DNA of 64,000 nucleotides from Octopus vulgaris (Eukaryota), in contig OX597814.1 in assembly GCA_951406725.2 (NCBI GenBank), positions 45,260,001-45,324,000 on the forward strand, given 5' to 3'. Below the pieces are notes generated by a model that worked only from the letters and a program-made list of their open reading frames with translations, was not told the DNA's origin and made no database searches. Both the position numbers and the translations under genes were made by a program. Below are positions 40,201 through 55,317 of this stretch, one piece after another. The first letter of the stretch is position 1. Every line of letters begins with the position of its first letter.

Positions 40201-41299
40201 AGATAGATATTTATACTCATGTGTATGGTTATACAGTGTATAGAGAGATGACTGCCAATTTGTGTGTGGTTACATATATCTATTTATCCATGTATGTATA
40301 TATGTATGTAAGTATGTACTTACGTACGTATGTATGTATGTATGTACGTACGTATGTATGTATGTATGTATGTATTATGTATGTATGCTTATGTATATGT
40401 ATATTTGTGGTTATAAGCCTTCCTCTTTTCTTTATCTTATTGATGATTTTCACAGAATGTGAACACTACCTAGAAGCGCTCTCCTCTGAATTACACATAT
40501 TGAATATTTACCTTGCAGTTCTTCGATTTTTGCTTTGCATTATGTTTCAGTAACTCTAACGCTCCTACAATTACCAGGGACTCTTCTTGTAGCCATATTC
40601 CAAATCTTCAATATTTATTTTTCTAAATTTTTATATTTCTAAAACGTTTTCATCCATCTTCACTGAAATCTTATTCTCTGCTAGGCAAATCAAATCAATA
40701 AGTGTAAATTTCAAGATAGCTTGCCTTTTATTACTTTATCGAGCAATCGCTTTTCCTTATGTATATTATTATTATTATTGCTACAGAGAAGAGATAAAAA
40801 TCTACATGTACAATAGCGCCGTCAGCAGTGTCCGAGGTGCACAGAATAACGAATCCCTTTAGCATGCACATACATTGAGTATCCGACCATCGCTGACTTG
40901 TGTAGTTACGTCCACTTTCTGTTGTTACGATTTGAATGAATTTGGCTATCTATTGTAAATATCTCTCTGTCCCTTTCTTTGATCGGAAGGAAATGCCGTA
41001 TTCTAATGTATGATGGACAAAGTAAAAGTGATCTTACTGAGATAAGATTGAAAGGATTCCAAACATGCACTTTAATTTGCAGACGAAGGTGAAATTGGAG
41101 GTGGGGGTATTAACCTCCTGTAATATTGTAGAAATGTAACGAGTATGGCCCTGGTGATTGAACCTAATCTCAGTATACACATGTAGGCTGGAGAATACAA
41201 CGCGAAGCGAGTGTATTTATTTTTAATAGTCAAGGCAATCTTAGATCTGTGGAGTTCCTTCACTGGATTTTTCAATCTCTTTATTTGGACATCCCATTT

Positions 41300-41800
41300 C
41301 AAAAAACCTTATCATACTATTGTTTCCATAACTATTTGTCAGAATCGATTATACATAATCCCACTCCTACCATTTTTGTAATTTGTCATTGTAATGTACC
41401 CTCATCCGTCTATCATTAGCGCTTCTGTCTTTCGTTTCAAGTCTCCGTTCATCAGCCAGAGCCAGCGATCTTTACTTCCAACATTCTCGGTTTTTTGCAT
41501 GAATTGACCATGAAGTTCTTTTTTTTCTTTTCCATTTGTTTGTTCGGTTGAATTTTCCAACTGTTTCGGTTAATTTTGGGGTATATCTAGCGGCCGATAG
41601 AATTCTTTTAAATTGAAGGAGGCAAACTTTTTGCAAAGCTCTACAAAACACTTAATTCCCATTCTTTTTATGTTCCTCTCAATCAAAGCCCCAACAATAA
41701 CTGGCACTATCTTCACTTTTTCATCTTCCACAGTCAGTGTATCTTGTCTACTTTCTTGCCTTCCTTCTTAACTATCCGTGACTATCGATTACAGAGCATA
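41300..41800 (-). mobile_element. R4/Dong-like LINE fragment, decayed
   Basis: Minus strand HGQFM and WLWLMNGDLKRKTEALM. Confidence 0.6.
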
Positions 41801-41867
41801 CATGTTTTACTTTGTCCACCACTATTAAGTCCGGTTTGTTGTACTCAAGCACCTGGTTCGTTAGCAC

Positions 41868-42065
41868 ACTGGAATCGTTAATACATTGGACAAAATACTT
41901 AACGGTATTTTGTCCGTCTTTACGTCCTGAGTTCAAATTCCGCCGAGGTCGACTTTTCTTTCATCCTTTCGAGGTCGATGAAATGAGTATCAGTTGAATA
42001 CTGGGGTTGATTTAAACAACTTATCTCCTCACCCCAAATTGCTAGCCTTGTGCCAATATTTGAAA

Positions 42066-42105
<40 letters not shown>

Positions 42106-42112
42106 CATTATT
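41868..42112 (+). mobile_element. SINE family A copy with (ATT)n tail
   Basis: GAGTTCAAATTCCGCCGAGGTCGACTTTTCTTTCATCCTTTCGAGGTCGATG. Confidence 0.8.
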
Positions 42113-43260
42113 AGTCTTTTGTGGTGAAGGTGGGTATTCCTATACATCCTAGTTTAATACGCTTAAAAAAAACTTCTTGTATTATTCGCCAGCAGAAATC
42201 TCTTACACACTTGAGTATCATCCCAGTTTATTTTGACTGAAAAAATAAGATCTGTCCTTGAACATTTTTTAATCTTTTGTATTTTACGCTCTGGTAAACA
42301 TTCATTTATTCGTGTTTTGATATGGCTTCCTTTTCTTAAGTAGTGGTGACAGGTGCCAGCAACAAACGTTGTAGCACCGTAATACCAAAAGGAAAATTCG
42401 TGAAAGCAATAAGACGTTTTTTTAAAAGACAAAAGCGTGACATTTGAACAAGCAGACAAACCAGACATTTGTACTATAAAACTTACACAGAAAATTATGA
42501 CAGTTTCACAAGCGAATACATTTGTAAACAAAGACAATTGCATTTATAATAAATACAAACAACAACGACGGTAATGACATTTTGCAAGCGTTATAAGCTA
42601 GAGAAATGCGATGGACATGGATCGGCTTTAAAAGTGATGGTGGGGGCACTCTGGGAGAGGGCTATAAAAAAAATTATGCCACTTTATATGAGGTTTTCAT
42701 CGCAGAAATAGTAAGATGAGAAGTAATGTGCATACACTCGTGTGTGTGTGTGTGTGTCTGTGTCTGTGTGTCTGTGTGTGTGTGTCTGTGTGTGTGTGTC
42801 TGTGTGTCTGTGTGTGTGTGTGAAGTGTCTCTTGAAAAACAACTGTGAACAATTTTTGTCGCTGTCCATACGAGATGCTTTCCGCTGCTTATTTCTTTAA
42901 CCGACTAATAAATCTTAGGTCAAGCACCAAACGAGTTTAGGTCTTTCACATACAGAATGTTGCCAAGCACTCCCTCCCTTTACCAGCTGTAGAAACTGGG
43001 AGTAATTCTGGTCATCAGCAGGTTCAGTATCAGGGACAATTTCTAAAACTCCTTGTCTTGGCAATGCTACAAAAGGTTGATATTTCCTGATCGGGACAAA
43101 ACCTATAAACATGGTTGTGTTAGAGCCACAAGACACTAAACTTATCCGAGATGTGCACGGGGGTGACGAAACCTTCACCACCACAACCACCCCCATTGTT
43201 TGTTGTTTTCGTATGTATTTTACCTTTATATCGTGCCTCAGTGTTCTTAACAATAATAGA

Positions 43261-43261
<1 letters not shown>

Positions 43262-43342
<81 letters not shown>

Positions 43343-43352
43343 GGTGGTGGTG

Positions 43353-43423
<71 letters not shown>

Positions 43424-43457
43424 GGTGGTGGTGGTGGTGGTGGTGGTGGTGGTGGTG

Positions 43458-43522
<65 letters not shown>
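43262..43522. repeat. Compound (TAG)n/(TGG)n microsatellite
   Basis: Read directly. Confidence 0.97.
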
Positions 43523-43523
<1 letters not shown>

Positions 43524-43949
43524 TGTAATGCAGTCACGGTGGGGTGTCAATGAACGTACAAGTTATAACTCCTGAAGATCACAATTCATTTCAGAAATTT
43601 TCCCAGTATTGGATACAGAAAGAAAGGTAGTAAGCCTAATAGTGCGGAGCAGGAAGTTCAGTTGCTACATAAGTGGTAACAAATCCACTGGAGGAATTTC
43701 TCCTCAGAGAATCAGGATTCTGGATTATTTTTCCGGTGGCAGGGGGGTGTTGATGATGTTTCACCTCCCTCATTTACGTTCTCAGTTTATTTTCACTAAG
43801 ATCTTCCCTGCTTTTTCTTCCCAACGAGCTGATAAATTAATTAAAAGACAAACTAGGATCGACTCAGACGACTGTACTCCCTTCAGGATGAGACTCCTTT
43901 TCTTATCCCAGAGGGTTAGGTACATTCTACATATTTATGATTTGGCATA

Positions 43950-45540
43950 GGCGTCGTTTAAAATGTTGTGTGAGTACATTCTAAATATTTTAGAAACCTT
44001 TACATTATTATTTTCTAGAATTTGCTTGTGTCTATTATTACGAGTAAGTTGTTGATATATTTACACAAGTGATTGTGTATCGTTGCAGTTGTACCAACTT
44101 AAACTGGATAATGGACACTTCTTTCACATACCATAATGGTTTTAGCTCAACGGCTAAATAACTGTAATTACTTTGCTTTTCAACTCACTAATGTACAATA
44201 TTATAGCCAGTCAGTATTACTGTGTCAATTATTAAAAGACTATTGTCATTTTTGTCATGGCAAATGATGTCTGTATTATTACGCCCCAGCTGGTGGTCCG
44301 TCTGTAAGCTATAACTCTATAGGATCTTTGTATTGTCATTGTCTAAGAAAAGTGAATACCACAGAATGTTTTCTTTAAGCCAGTTGAAACTAGGTTGCCT
44401 GGCGTATATAGAGCAAGTTTTCTACATTGTTATATCTCAAGATATACTTTGTGATAGCTAATGTTGAACATTCTAATACAATATAATGTATTGCTTGAGA
44501 AAACAGATCTTGTAGCCGTCATCTGTTATTTACATTGTAGTAATTATAGATATTTCTCACACTATGCCTTATACTTGAGGCTTGTTCGTGTATGCTGTTA
44601 CTTCTACTGCCCACGTAGGGTGGATTTGTCATTTGCAGACCAGCATCACTTTTTATTAATGTGCCGGGCATTCACTTCACAGAAATAGTAATTGTTATAG
44701 ATTTTCATCATAATCGCCAGATGTGCCATTTGTATATGTTTATTTTTACTGCTCTCTTAGATTTACATTTTAGCTGTTTGAAATCTAATCTAATTACTTG
44801 GAAGAAGTTGGTTGTTGCAGTGGAGATCGATTTACTACCTTTCTTGTCGTTATAGTCAACAAAGGTACATAGCGTGCTTGTTTTGACTTAGGAAGATAGC
44901 GAGAAACATTAATAATGGCTTTCTTAAACTGTTCTCTGGCACTCAATAGTCCTCTGCCGCCTTCTATTTTGATGTTTTACAATTTTTAGAAGTTTTGCAA
45001 CTACTTGATTTTAGATTTATTGTGAATATTTTCTTTCTTTAGAATACGTCTAGTGTAGCAGTTTACAGTGTCTATGTTACATTCAAAACCAATAAAACAA
45101 GCCATATGCTATGGTTGATGCTGCAAATGCGTCAGTGGCACAGATATTTTTTTCGATTTAAACAAGGTTTAAATTTTGTTTATTTTCTGTTGATATGTTA
45201 AATTCTCTTCTCGTTTGCACAATTTTTACAAATGCAGATATACTCACACATGTACCCATATATCTCCAGAATGTTAAATTATCCAGCTCCTGTGTTTTCT
45301 ATGAGTAGATGCTGAACATAACTCGCCACCTGGTTCTTTCGCAATGTTAGAAACAGTTAGGTCAGATTTCTAGTCTTTGGCATATTCCTGCATCTTCCTA
45401 CAAGAACTTGAGTTCTAGTTTCTTCCTCTCTTTTTCTACTCTAGACAGTGAGGTCCAGAAAAGATTCAATACGCTGCCCTTGCTCTGACTAAGCCACACA
45501 AAATTGGAGCTTTAAATCATTTGTTCAAGTTTCAAGTTAC
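43950..45540 (-). mobile_element. Decayed R4/Dong-like LINE (RT end through RLE region)
   Basis: Minus strand IEGGRGLLS, a degenerate YxYLG-like segment and a PDI-like NNTDII; many stops. Confidence 0.55.
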
Positions 45541-45950
45541 TTTGTATAGTCAATTGTTGCTTTATCTACCTGAGTATTATTTATTGCATGTAATTTTAGT
45601 TCATTGATAAGGTGGCGAGCAGTCAGATTTGAGAGAGTTTATGTTCATGGGTCAGAAGGCTGTCGGAAATCGAGTGTGGTCTTATACTTATCTAATGCCC
45701 ACTTCTCAATTTCTATATATTTTTTCATATTCTAAATCATTTCATTATATATTTTGTTTATATGTATAAATGTCGCATGTAAGTTTGCATGCGTATGCAT
45801 GCGTAGTTATGTTATATTTGTGCTGATCTCGATTCTCGAACCGGGAAATGTGTATTGCACTTGAGCAAGGCACGTGATTTCACGTTGCTCAAATCTGCTC
45901 GCTTGCGAGAGACGGCTGTTGCTTTATGTGTATATGTGTGTGTATGTATG

Positions 45951-46021
<71 letters not shown>

Positions 46022-46024
46022 ATA

Positions 46025-46077
<53 letters not shown>

Positions 46078-46155
46078 CATATATATATTTGTGTGTGTAA
46101 GTATATATACGTGTATGTATGTATATGCATATATATGCATGTAGCATTATGTACA

Positions 46156-46189
<34 letters not shown>

Positions 46190-46464
46190 CATATATGCGT
46201 ACGTATTTATCTATGCTTGCATATGCGAATGTATATGTGTGTGTGTACACGAGTATACGTGAGCATGTTTACCTTACCTGTGCCAAACATACAAGTGTCG
46301 ACACTTTTCTGAGACAAGAGTATATTAAGTACGTTTATGTTGTTGTTTGCATTTTTCCACTTCAAGATATATAAAACAATATATTGATCCCCGCATGGCT
46401 GAACACTATGAATGTACAAAATGTTTACACATAAACACAGAATGCAAATAATGAAAAGAAAAGA

Positions 46465-46880
46465 TTTGAACTACTCAATGAAAAATATCCGAATTCCTCC
46501 CAGGAAGCTAAAAGCACTCATCGATAAAACAGAAAATGTGATAAAAACGCATGCGAGAGCTGGCTTACTTCTACGAGAACAAAGATAACAAAATCACACA
46601 AGAGGAACGAGGTTCCAGATTCAGCTACATTAACATTCCTCCAAAAACTTATTCATAATAGCAGACAAAACAAAGAAAGTATATGAGGTAAGGTCACTTA
46701 ACAATAACCTTTTACACAATAGCGTTGCAAATTCCCACACACACAAAAAAAAAACAAATAGTAACATGTAAAATTAATCAATACAGAAGCAAAACACGTA
46801 GCCACAAATCATAACATCTTAGACAGACTTCAATGCCTCAGTGAAAAACCAAACTACATCTCACTGAAAGACTTTCGACT
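46465..46880 (+). mobile_element. Penelope-like element N-terminal/RT remnant
   Basis: NYSMKNIRIPP...ALIDKTENVIK.RMR.LAYFYE...IIADKTKKVYEV...YISLKDF match PLE motifs YSxKNIP, IKRMRWKA, ADKTxNxY and ITLKDH. A smaller remnant (PTNKTSNLY) lies at ~62260-62520. Confidence 0.65.
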
Positions 46881-47264
46881 CACATTAACTCTACTAGTTA
46901 TTTTGATTTGGTTAGTAAATCGATATTAGAATAAACACTGGCATTTTGGTGGGACTGAAATCTGTGAACTAATGGACCTGGGCCTCATAAAACTAAAAGA
47001 GGTGTTTTTGGTGGGATTAATGTGGCCCTGCACAGGGGTTACGGGTTCATGATTTCGTGGAGTGTGAGTGAGCATACAGTTAATATCCTAATGAAACACA
47101 GTGATAACAGCATTCAACAAATTTGGTTTGAGAGTGGCGGTAAAAGTAAAATTTACATTCTTAAAATTCCTAAGCTTGAAATCATACTATGGTAACTTCA
47201 AACAAATAATATTCCGCTTTATGTCCATACTAAATTAAAATCACAACAAATATGACCAAACATA

Positions 47265-47420
47265 GGAACACACGTGACTGTGTGATAAGAAGCTTGCTTC
47301 CCAACCATATGGTTCCGGTCTCAGTCCCACTTCATGGCACCTTGGGCAAGTGTCTTCTGTTATAACTTCAGGCCGACCACAGCCATGCGAGTGAAATGGT
47401 AACTGAATGAAGCCCGACGT
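47265..47420 (+). mobile_element. SINE family B, head-only copy
   Basis: GTGACTGTGTGATAAGAAGCTTGCTTCCCAACC...CCTTGGGCAAGTGTCTTC. Confidence 0.75.
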
Positions 47421-49886
47421 ATATATATATATATATATATATATGTTATATATGTATGTATGTATATACAGAAGGGCATTGAAATACCACTTGCTATGAA
47501 CTGAGCTGTCACTCTAAACCACAATTTACTCACTATAAAAATATACACGGTGGATGCGATAAACATAACAGAGACAGGCTTACCTTGCATGGTATTATTA
47601 ATTCATAATAGAATATAAGGTTAAAAATCACCTTTATCTGGAGTGGTAGTTTTTTTAAGGTATCGGCACTTCAAGCATGCTGGAGATAAGTCGTTTTTGC
47701 CCTTACTCCCTTAATATAGACCACGTCGTAGGTGAGGATGTAACCATGAGAAAACACATTCTAAAACCTAGCGAAACTATATAACAATTTTTCTCATTCC
47801 TCTTTATGTTTAGAAAATACTTCAACTCCCAACGATTACAAACCTTCTACAGAGCTCAGAGAAAAGACTCATAATGGAGAATCTTCTCATATTTGGAATG
47901 GCTCTGCTACTACAGACATACACAGTCATCCTAGACTGTATTCAAAGAACAAACCACTAGATCACTTGGCATGGAGTCACTCACCAACTTCTAACCTTCA
48001 AACGTTTCTGCTCTCAGCCTTCTTTGCCACAGTAGATTCTGCTCCTAGCGTTACACCTCAACTCAGATATTCTCGGTTCATTTGTTTCTGATGCCCCTTA
48101 ACACCTATATAACGTTTACAACCACCGCCACGCTGATCACTATGCGCTTTCTCAACCAGAAACTCAGGTATTTGGAGTTCCCACTTTGCACATATTTTCA
48201 TGTAGCTCTCGACTTTTAATTATTCAAGAGGAATATTTACTACATTGATATCAACGAGATCAATTATGTCGACGTGGTAGGCATTCTATGGACAGCCTGT
48301 GAAGACCATATGTACAGCTTCTTACTCAAAACTTAACCAATAAAAACATGCATAAATATACGTACCCGATACATCTTTCTTCTTTTAACATGGAAAGCGA
48401 AAGCTCTTAAAGAAAAACGGGCTACATTTATAAAGTGCCTACATTGCACTTCTGGGTTGTTCTACTGCTTGGTAATGGTCTCTTATTCCAAGCAGTGAAG
48501 TCCTTGCCGTGGTCTATTTTGAAGATTCAGACAGTCTGTGTTATATTTACTTTATTCAAAAATGCAAGAAACTAAATTAACAATGCGAGACTAGACAGAG
48601 TGATAAACGAAAGTCTAAGAGGTATGTAGATGCTTTCCTTTACGTTGCGAGTTCTAATTCTGCCGAAGTCAATTCTTGCTTTTCATCATTCCAGGATTAA
48701 TGAAATAAATTATTAGTCTAGTATTGAGATCAATTTGAAAGATTATATCTTGCTTAACCTTGCCTTCTCTGAGGAGTCGTAAGAAAACCATCATGATATA
48801 AGGCATTTTCTTCGGATCGAAACATAGAACCCATGCCTCTCTTGTTTGACTATAGCCGATTTTTCCACAGAAAAATAGGTAGATGAAAAGAGAGTAAAAG
48901 AAACGAATGAATTCGTACTTTAACGACGTAGGAGTAAGTAATAATGGCAAAGGTGAAATTCGAACTCAGAATGCAGCGAGCCAACGTGAATACCACCAAA
49001 GAAAACTAAAACAGAAACTTATACAGCACTCTAACCACTCTGCCACTTCGTCGCCTTTCGGCCTTAAGTTTCAAGGCCTTACACTGATGTTAGATATTAA
49101 TATTAAAGATTACAAAAGTAGCACAGAAATTTTTAAATGGCAAGTTGAACTTTGAACTGATGCTGAACAACGTCTTTTTCGAGTCATAATCGTTCACACA
49201 AAATCCACCACCTAATCTGTGCCAAACAATAACATTTATATTAATAAACATTAAACTAAAGAATGCGTCAATTAGATGGAAATACAAATGAAATTTTATT
49301 TTATTTATATACATTTTTATTAGTTTATATATATTTATTTTTATAGTCTTTGAATCAGTATTTTGATTAAAATTCAGTAATTAAAAACTTTCAAATGGAA
49401 TTTAAATTATCTTTCACAGTTTCCCCGCAGTCGATATTTTATTTATAAAGAACGGCAGAACAGTAGTGTTTGTTCAGTGCTTAAAGTGACCGTCTGGGTA
49501 CGAAAAAGAAAGAGGAGATAGATAGAAAGAGAGAGAGGTGGACGGAGAGAGAGAAAGAGTTACATATGTGTGTGTTAGCGAGAAGTAAATGACAGGCTTC
49601 CGAGTTTGCGTATTAGGTTCAATTCTTGGACTTAACTTGTTTCACATGTTTCATCGGAAACGTTTGAACGTTACATCTTCCACTTCCTCGTCCTCTAAAT
49701 TTAATAAGACATTGGTGATGAGCTGAGTGGCGTTGTGCTTATATAAATGCGTGTGTGAATGCTCATTCAAATTTGTCCAGTCTATATATTGTCCAGGGAG
49801 AGTTTACGAAAACAACAAACGACGAAGACAGGTGGTGTACAAAACAAACAGATGTATTAGTATAACGCTCAGGAATAGAAAAAGTA

Positions 49887-49920
49887 TTTTACGTTTCGAG
49901 CCTACGCTCTTCTACAGAAA
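49887..49920 (-). ncRNA. Minimal hammerhead-like motif with variant core CUGUAGA, inside a Penelope-type repeat (49795-49985)
   Basis: Minus strand: TTT-CTGTAGA-A-GAGC GTAG GCTC-GAAA-CG-TA-AAA. Confidence 0.6.
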
Positions 49921-50039
49921 GGGACTCGGAAAAAAACAAGAAGAGAAAAAAAATGTGTGTAGTGGCTAACGATCTATCATGGTGACCTATATATTGTCCA
50001 GTCGGCTTCTATCACTTGCCATTACTATCTTCACTTAAA

Positions 50040-50400
50040 GCAAAACTACATACAGACACATTTATAGGACCTATATCCACTTAAGTATAAACAATATATC
50101 AAATCCATCTTGTATTACGATCGTCATATCTAGGCTACAATCTCTCCACAACAAACTACTAAGAACGCAAACATTGCACTTCGCATCATTATAGGATGTA
50201 CGCCCATAGGCAACCTAAATAACAAAACTAAATACTTAAAATGACAGATCACTTGGATGTGCAGGGTAACAACTGATGCTGTATGAAGCTCAATCCATCA
50301 TACAGTTGCCAGATGAAACTCCAGCCCTCATAGTCATCACCAATAGATGCAAGATCACATCTAGATACGACAACACGTCCTTACACACACAGTCCAGATA
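50040..50400 (+). mobile_element. Decayed LINE 3' fragment (I/Jockey-like)
   Basis: LQQTTKNANIALRIIIGCTP (cf. QNxALRxxTGC). Confidence 0.4.
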
Positions 50401-50792
50401 GAGATTAGCCCACTAACCTACTAACATTGGTTAATAAAAAAATCAAGTGTCTCATTTAGACTGTACCCATCGCTCCCAACCAAATTCTGACCGCCACCTG
50501 AAACTGCTCGCACGCCATCAGCCAACGAGAAAAAACAAACAAAATCAGCCTCAACTCGCAGCCAACTGACTTAAAATAAAAGAACACATAAGATAATGTT
50601 ACCCTCCTGTCTGAAAGAATAATAGATAGATCACTCCTGATTTACTTGTGATCATAGACATGCTCAGTTAGGGCTTGTCTCGAGCTAGACAACACTAATA
50701 AATGGACACATAAATGGACGTAGAATATGACAACATGCTCGCTACACATGGCACCTTAGGTATCGGCTTGATACACCCCGAATATTGATCTA

Positions 50793-51020
50793 AGCGTGGC
50801 TTAGTGTTTAACGTATCGAACTCATGATCGTAAGATTGTGATTTCGATTCCTGGACTGGGCGACGCATCGAATTTTTGAACAAAACTTCATTTCACGTTG
50901 CTCCAGTCCACTCAGCTTGCAAAAATGAGTAACACCGAGACAGAAATGTGGGGAATTTATACGCCATAGAAACCGAGAAACCGGCTCTTATGAGTCAGCA
51001 TGATTCGAGAAGGTAACTTC
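50793..51020 (+). mobile_element. tRNA-derived SINE, family C
   Basis: GCGTGGCTTAGTG head, GATTTCGATTCC B box and TTTCACGTTGCTCCAGTCCACTCAGC. Same head at 61471. Confidence 0.75.
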
Positions 51021-51749
51021 ATTTTTTTTTTTTTTTTACCTAATATTGATGAAGAATGACCGGGGCTAAGAGAAACAACTTCCTAGTTCTTTTTTCTTAT
51101 CTCTAACCACACGATAAATTTCTTTGCTTTTCTACAGATTAGCTACTAATAAAAATATTTAGATAACTTGTTTAGTTACACAAAACTAAGATATCTTAAA
51201 TATTTATGTGTAAATACAATATTTATTTAAAGTAAGTCAAAAAAAATTAATACTGAAGACAATAAAAAGATGATTTTCAGTCAAAACACATTCACGCAAG
51301 CACGCATATTAACACATACACCCACATATTGAGATACAGGCATGCATAGCCACACAGTAGCACAAAGACACACAATCAGACAGACAGACAAAAACATAGA
51401 GAAAACAACCCTCGCACGGAGACATTGCCATCTTTATAGTAGTGCTTCTTAAGATTAGTCCCAGTTTCATGATTCTTGAAGATTCAATACATCACAAAGA
51501 TTGGGAACAGTTGACAGGAAAATGGATGAAGAAATAATCTACTGCAGACAAGCAACAATGCCGCCAAAATTTGCTGCCAAACATCTTGTGTGGAGATCGA
51601 TCGTTTTTTATTTGCATTCTATATTGGCATCTCAGCGTGGAGGCCTAACAGTTCATTTTGTCTTATTTGTTTCTCTGAAATTTTCCATTCATTGTTCGTT
51701 TGGATAAATTGTTGTTTTGTCATATTACATATATATATACATTATATAT

Positions 51750-51797
<48 letters not shown>

Positions 51798-51988
51798 TGT
51801 GTGTGAATATATATATATATACATATATACATATTTATGTTTTTACATATATTTATATATATATATATACGCATACATACATACACAGATATATATATAT
51901 ATATAAGATTAGTTTATATTTATGTACGTGTATAAATATATATATATATATACTTATATATGCATACATATATCTATATGTGCATATA

Positions 51989-52037
<49 letters not shown>

Positions 52038-52120
52038 GTACATATATACATATTTATGTTTTATATGTATATATATATATACATGTACACACACGTACAT
52101 AAATATATCCTACTCATATA

Positions 52121-52156
<36 letters not shown>

Positions 52157-52407
52157 TGTATGTATGTATGTATGTATGTATGTATGTATGCATGTATGTA
52201 TGTATGTATTCAATTCTTACAAGTAATGTCATTTCGTTATTTATCTATTTAGTTTCTTATTCAATCTTGTTTAGCTTTGAGTTTGATTTTGTTTTCAATT
52301 TTATTTTTTATTTGATTCCGTTTCAGATTCCTGTTTTCTTATTTTTCCTAAAAAAAAATTTTTTTCTGTTTTCTTATTTTTTAATTTTTATTTCTTTATT
52401 TATATAT

Positions 52408-52438
<31 letters not shown>

Positions 52439-52730
52439 TCTATTTATTCATTTCATTCTTCATTTTGACACGTTACAAACTCTGTTTACGACTTCTTAAA
52501 TATTCTGAAATTAATCTAAATGTAAATAAAAAGGCTGCCACAAAATTGGTTTCGAATTTTCTTTTCTGCTTCATTTTTTTTTTTTTTTTTTAGTTTTCTT
52601 TTCATGTTTTGTTTTGTTTTGTGTTGTTTTTTCTTTTTTTCTTCTTTGCTAACATTGACACTATTCTCATTTCTCTTATTGTTACCATTCCTGTTGTTGC
52701 TGTTGTTATTTCCAACGACACTACTATTCC

Positions 52731-52770
<40 letters not shown>

Positions 52771-52890
52771 CGTATTATTGGTGTTGTGGGATTGATGGTC
52801 TTAATTTTGGTATTAGTTTTGGTACAATTAAAGGACTTTGTATGTTTTGTATTGTTTAATTGCGCGTTTCCCCCTTTCTCTCTCTCTCTC

Positions 52891-52924
<34 letters not shown>

Positions 52925-53272
52925 ACCTTATCTATTTATCTTTGTATCTGTCTATATATCTATCTATCTTACCATAAGTTTCTTTCTACAATATAATTTT
53001 AGCTCAATACTGCAATCCGGACACACGCATCACGAAAACTGTGTCCTTCCTATCTACATCGGCAACATGTTTCTCCACCTGTTAACCATACGGAAGGATT
53101 TCTGTTTTTCTTTCTCTTTAAGCTGACACCTTCTGTATGGTCTCAACCAATAAATACTGCACACACACACACACACATATATTTATATCATATATATGCA
53201 TATATATATGTGTGTGTGTGTATGCGCATGTGTGCGTGTGTGTGTGTATATATATATATATATATGTATGTT

Positions 53273-53304
<32 letters not shown>

Positions 53305-53435
53305 TATACATATGTGTGTGTGTGTGTGTGTTAGGGTTAGGGTCAGGTTATATCATATATATGCATATATATATATATATGTGTGTGTATGCGCATGTGT
53401 GCGTGTGTGTGTGTATATATATATGTATGTTTATA

Positions 53436-53511
<76 letters not shown>

Positions 53512-53555
53512 TGTGTGTGTGTGTGTGTAAATGTATATATATGCATATATGCATA

Positions 53556-53935
53556 TACTCTTTTACCCTTTTACTTGTTTCAGTCATTTGACTGTGGCCA
53601 TGCTGGAGCACAGCCTTTAGTCGACCAAATCTACCCCAGGACTTATTCTTTGTAAGCCTAGTACCTATTCTATCGGTCCTCTTTTGCCGAACCGCTAAGT
53701 TATGGGGACTTAAACACACCAGCATCGGTTGTCAAGTGATGTTGGGGGGACAGACATAGACACACAAACATATACACATACACAATACATACATATATAC
53801 ATATATACGACGGGCTTCTTTCAGTTTCCGTCTACCAAATCCACTCACAAGGTTTTGGTCGGCCCAAGACTGGACTGAAACCGGAACCATGTGGTTCGTT
53901 AGCAAGCTACTTACCACACAGCCACTCCTACACCT
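53556..53935 (-). mobile_element. SINE family B copy (internal deletion)
   Basis: Reverse complement of the family B head and tail. Confidence 0.85.
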
Positions 53936-53997
53936 ATATGTATATATATTATATATATGTGTGTGTGTATATACATATGTATGTGTATGTGTGTGTG

Positions 53998-54051
<54 letters not shown>

Positions 54052-54054
<3 letters not shown>

Positions 54055-55317
54055 GGTGGAGAAACAAAATTTACAATGAACGTTAAGTTGTTTTTTCTCA
54101 GCAGGCACTAAGTTAATTGTTTTGAAACTTAGCATATATTGATGTCGTAATCATACCTAACACTATTATCCTTACCTTTTCAGAAACTTTTGCCCATATG
54201 AGTAATCAGGAAAGCAAATGTCAAAGAATGTGTGATTTGCTGAATGCAGTCGTCACACCAAAGGAGATTTCAAGAATAGTTGGAGTGTCCATAAAGACTG
54301 TTTATAATGTAAAGAATAGAACTACAAGCAAAACTATTACGAGGAAGTCTGGAATTGGAGGAATCAACAAAATACGTACCAAAGCTTTTATTAAAACTCT
54401 CAAATCCAAAATCCTAAAGGATCCAACCCAATCCATTAGAAAAATGGCAATTGAACTTGAGGTAGTCAACAAGACCATTAGAAATGCAGTAAAATATGAT
54501 TTGAGGTTAAAATCTTACACAAGAACACCAAAACACTTGTTGACAACAGCTATGAAGGAAAGGAGATTGGAAAAGCGCAAGAAAATTATTACATGCTTCA
54601 AGAAAAAGTCCTCCATTGTAACGATCTTTTCAGGTGAAAAGATCTTCACTGATGATGCTGTTCTGAACCGTAGAAATGACAGATTTATTGCAAAATCAAC
54701 AGCTGAGGTTAAGGGGACATTCAAAACAAAACACCCTGCTCAAGTTATGGCTTTTGGTGTTGTGACTTCCGATAGAAAGAAAGTGCGTATAAAATTCTAC
54801 AAAGCTGATGAAAAGATCAATGTTAATACTTACTACAAGACTCTGAGATACCAGGTATTGCCATAGCTTAAAGCAAACTACACAGGATGGTGCTCCAGAA
54901 CACACAGCTAGAGAAATACAAGACTTCTGCAAATCCAGCTTTAGCAATTTTTTGGAATCATGTTTATGGCCACCTTCTAGCCCAGATCTAAACCCTCTGG
55001 ATTATGCTATTTCGGGCGTTTTAGAACATGCTACCAATAGAACATCACACAGTAATATCGACTCTCTTAAAGATACTATTAAAGAAGAATGGGAGACTTT
55101 GTCTCCTGAATATTTGAGGAACACTTGACTACCTCAAATTTCAGGAAGCGTGTGAAGGCAGATATTGAGAAAGAATGAGGACACATAGAATAAAAACATT
55201 TTCTGTTATGTAAATTTTCTTTTGACAAATAATTCTCATGACTTTCAATAAAACTATTTGGTCATACAATGTCTTTCAATCCCTGCCTCAAAATATTGTA
55301 AATTTTGCTTCCCCACC

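Noticed and set aside
42978-43022. Minus-strand CTGATGA-CCAG...CTGG-TAAA as a hammerhead
   Set aside because: GAAA is TAAA and no stem III or stem I can be formed.
42915-43553. Poly-Ser/Gly, poly-Thr and poly-Tyr/His ORFs
   Set aside because: Artefacts of the (TAG)n/(TGG)n microsatellite.
51480-51720. Repeat-poor island as an exon or enhancer (also ~21050-21240 and 42330-42600)
   Set aside because: No motif or ORF evidence; cross-species conservation data would be needed.
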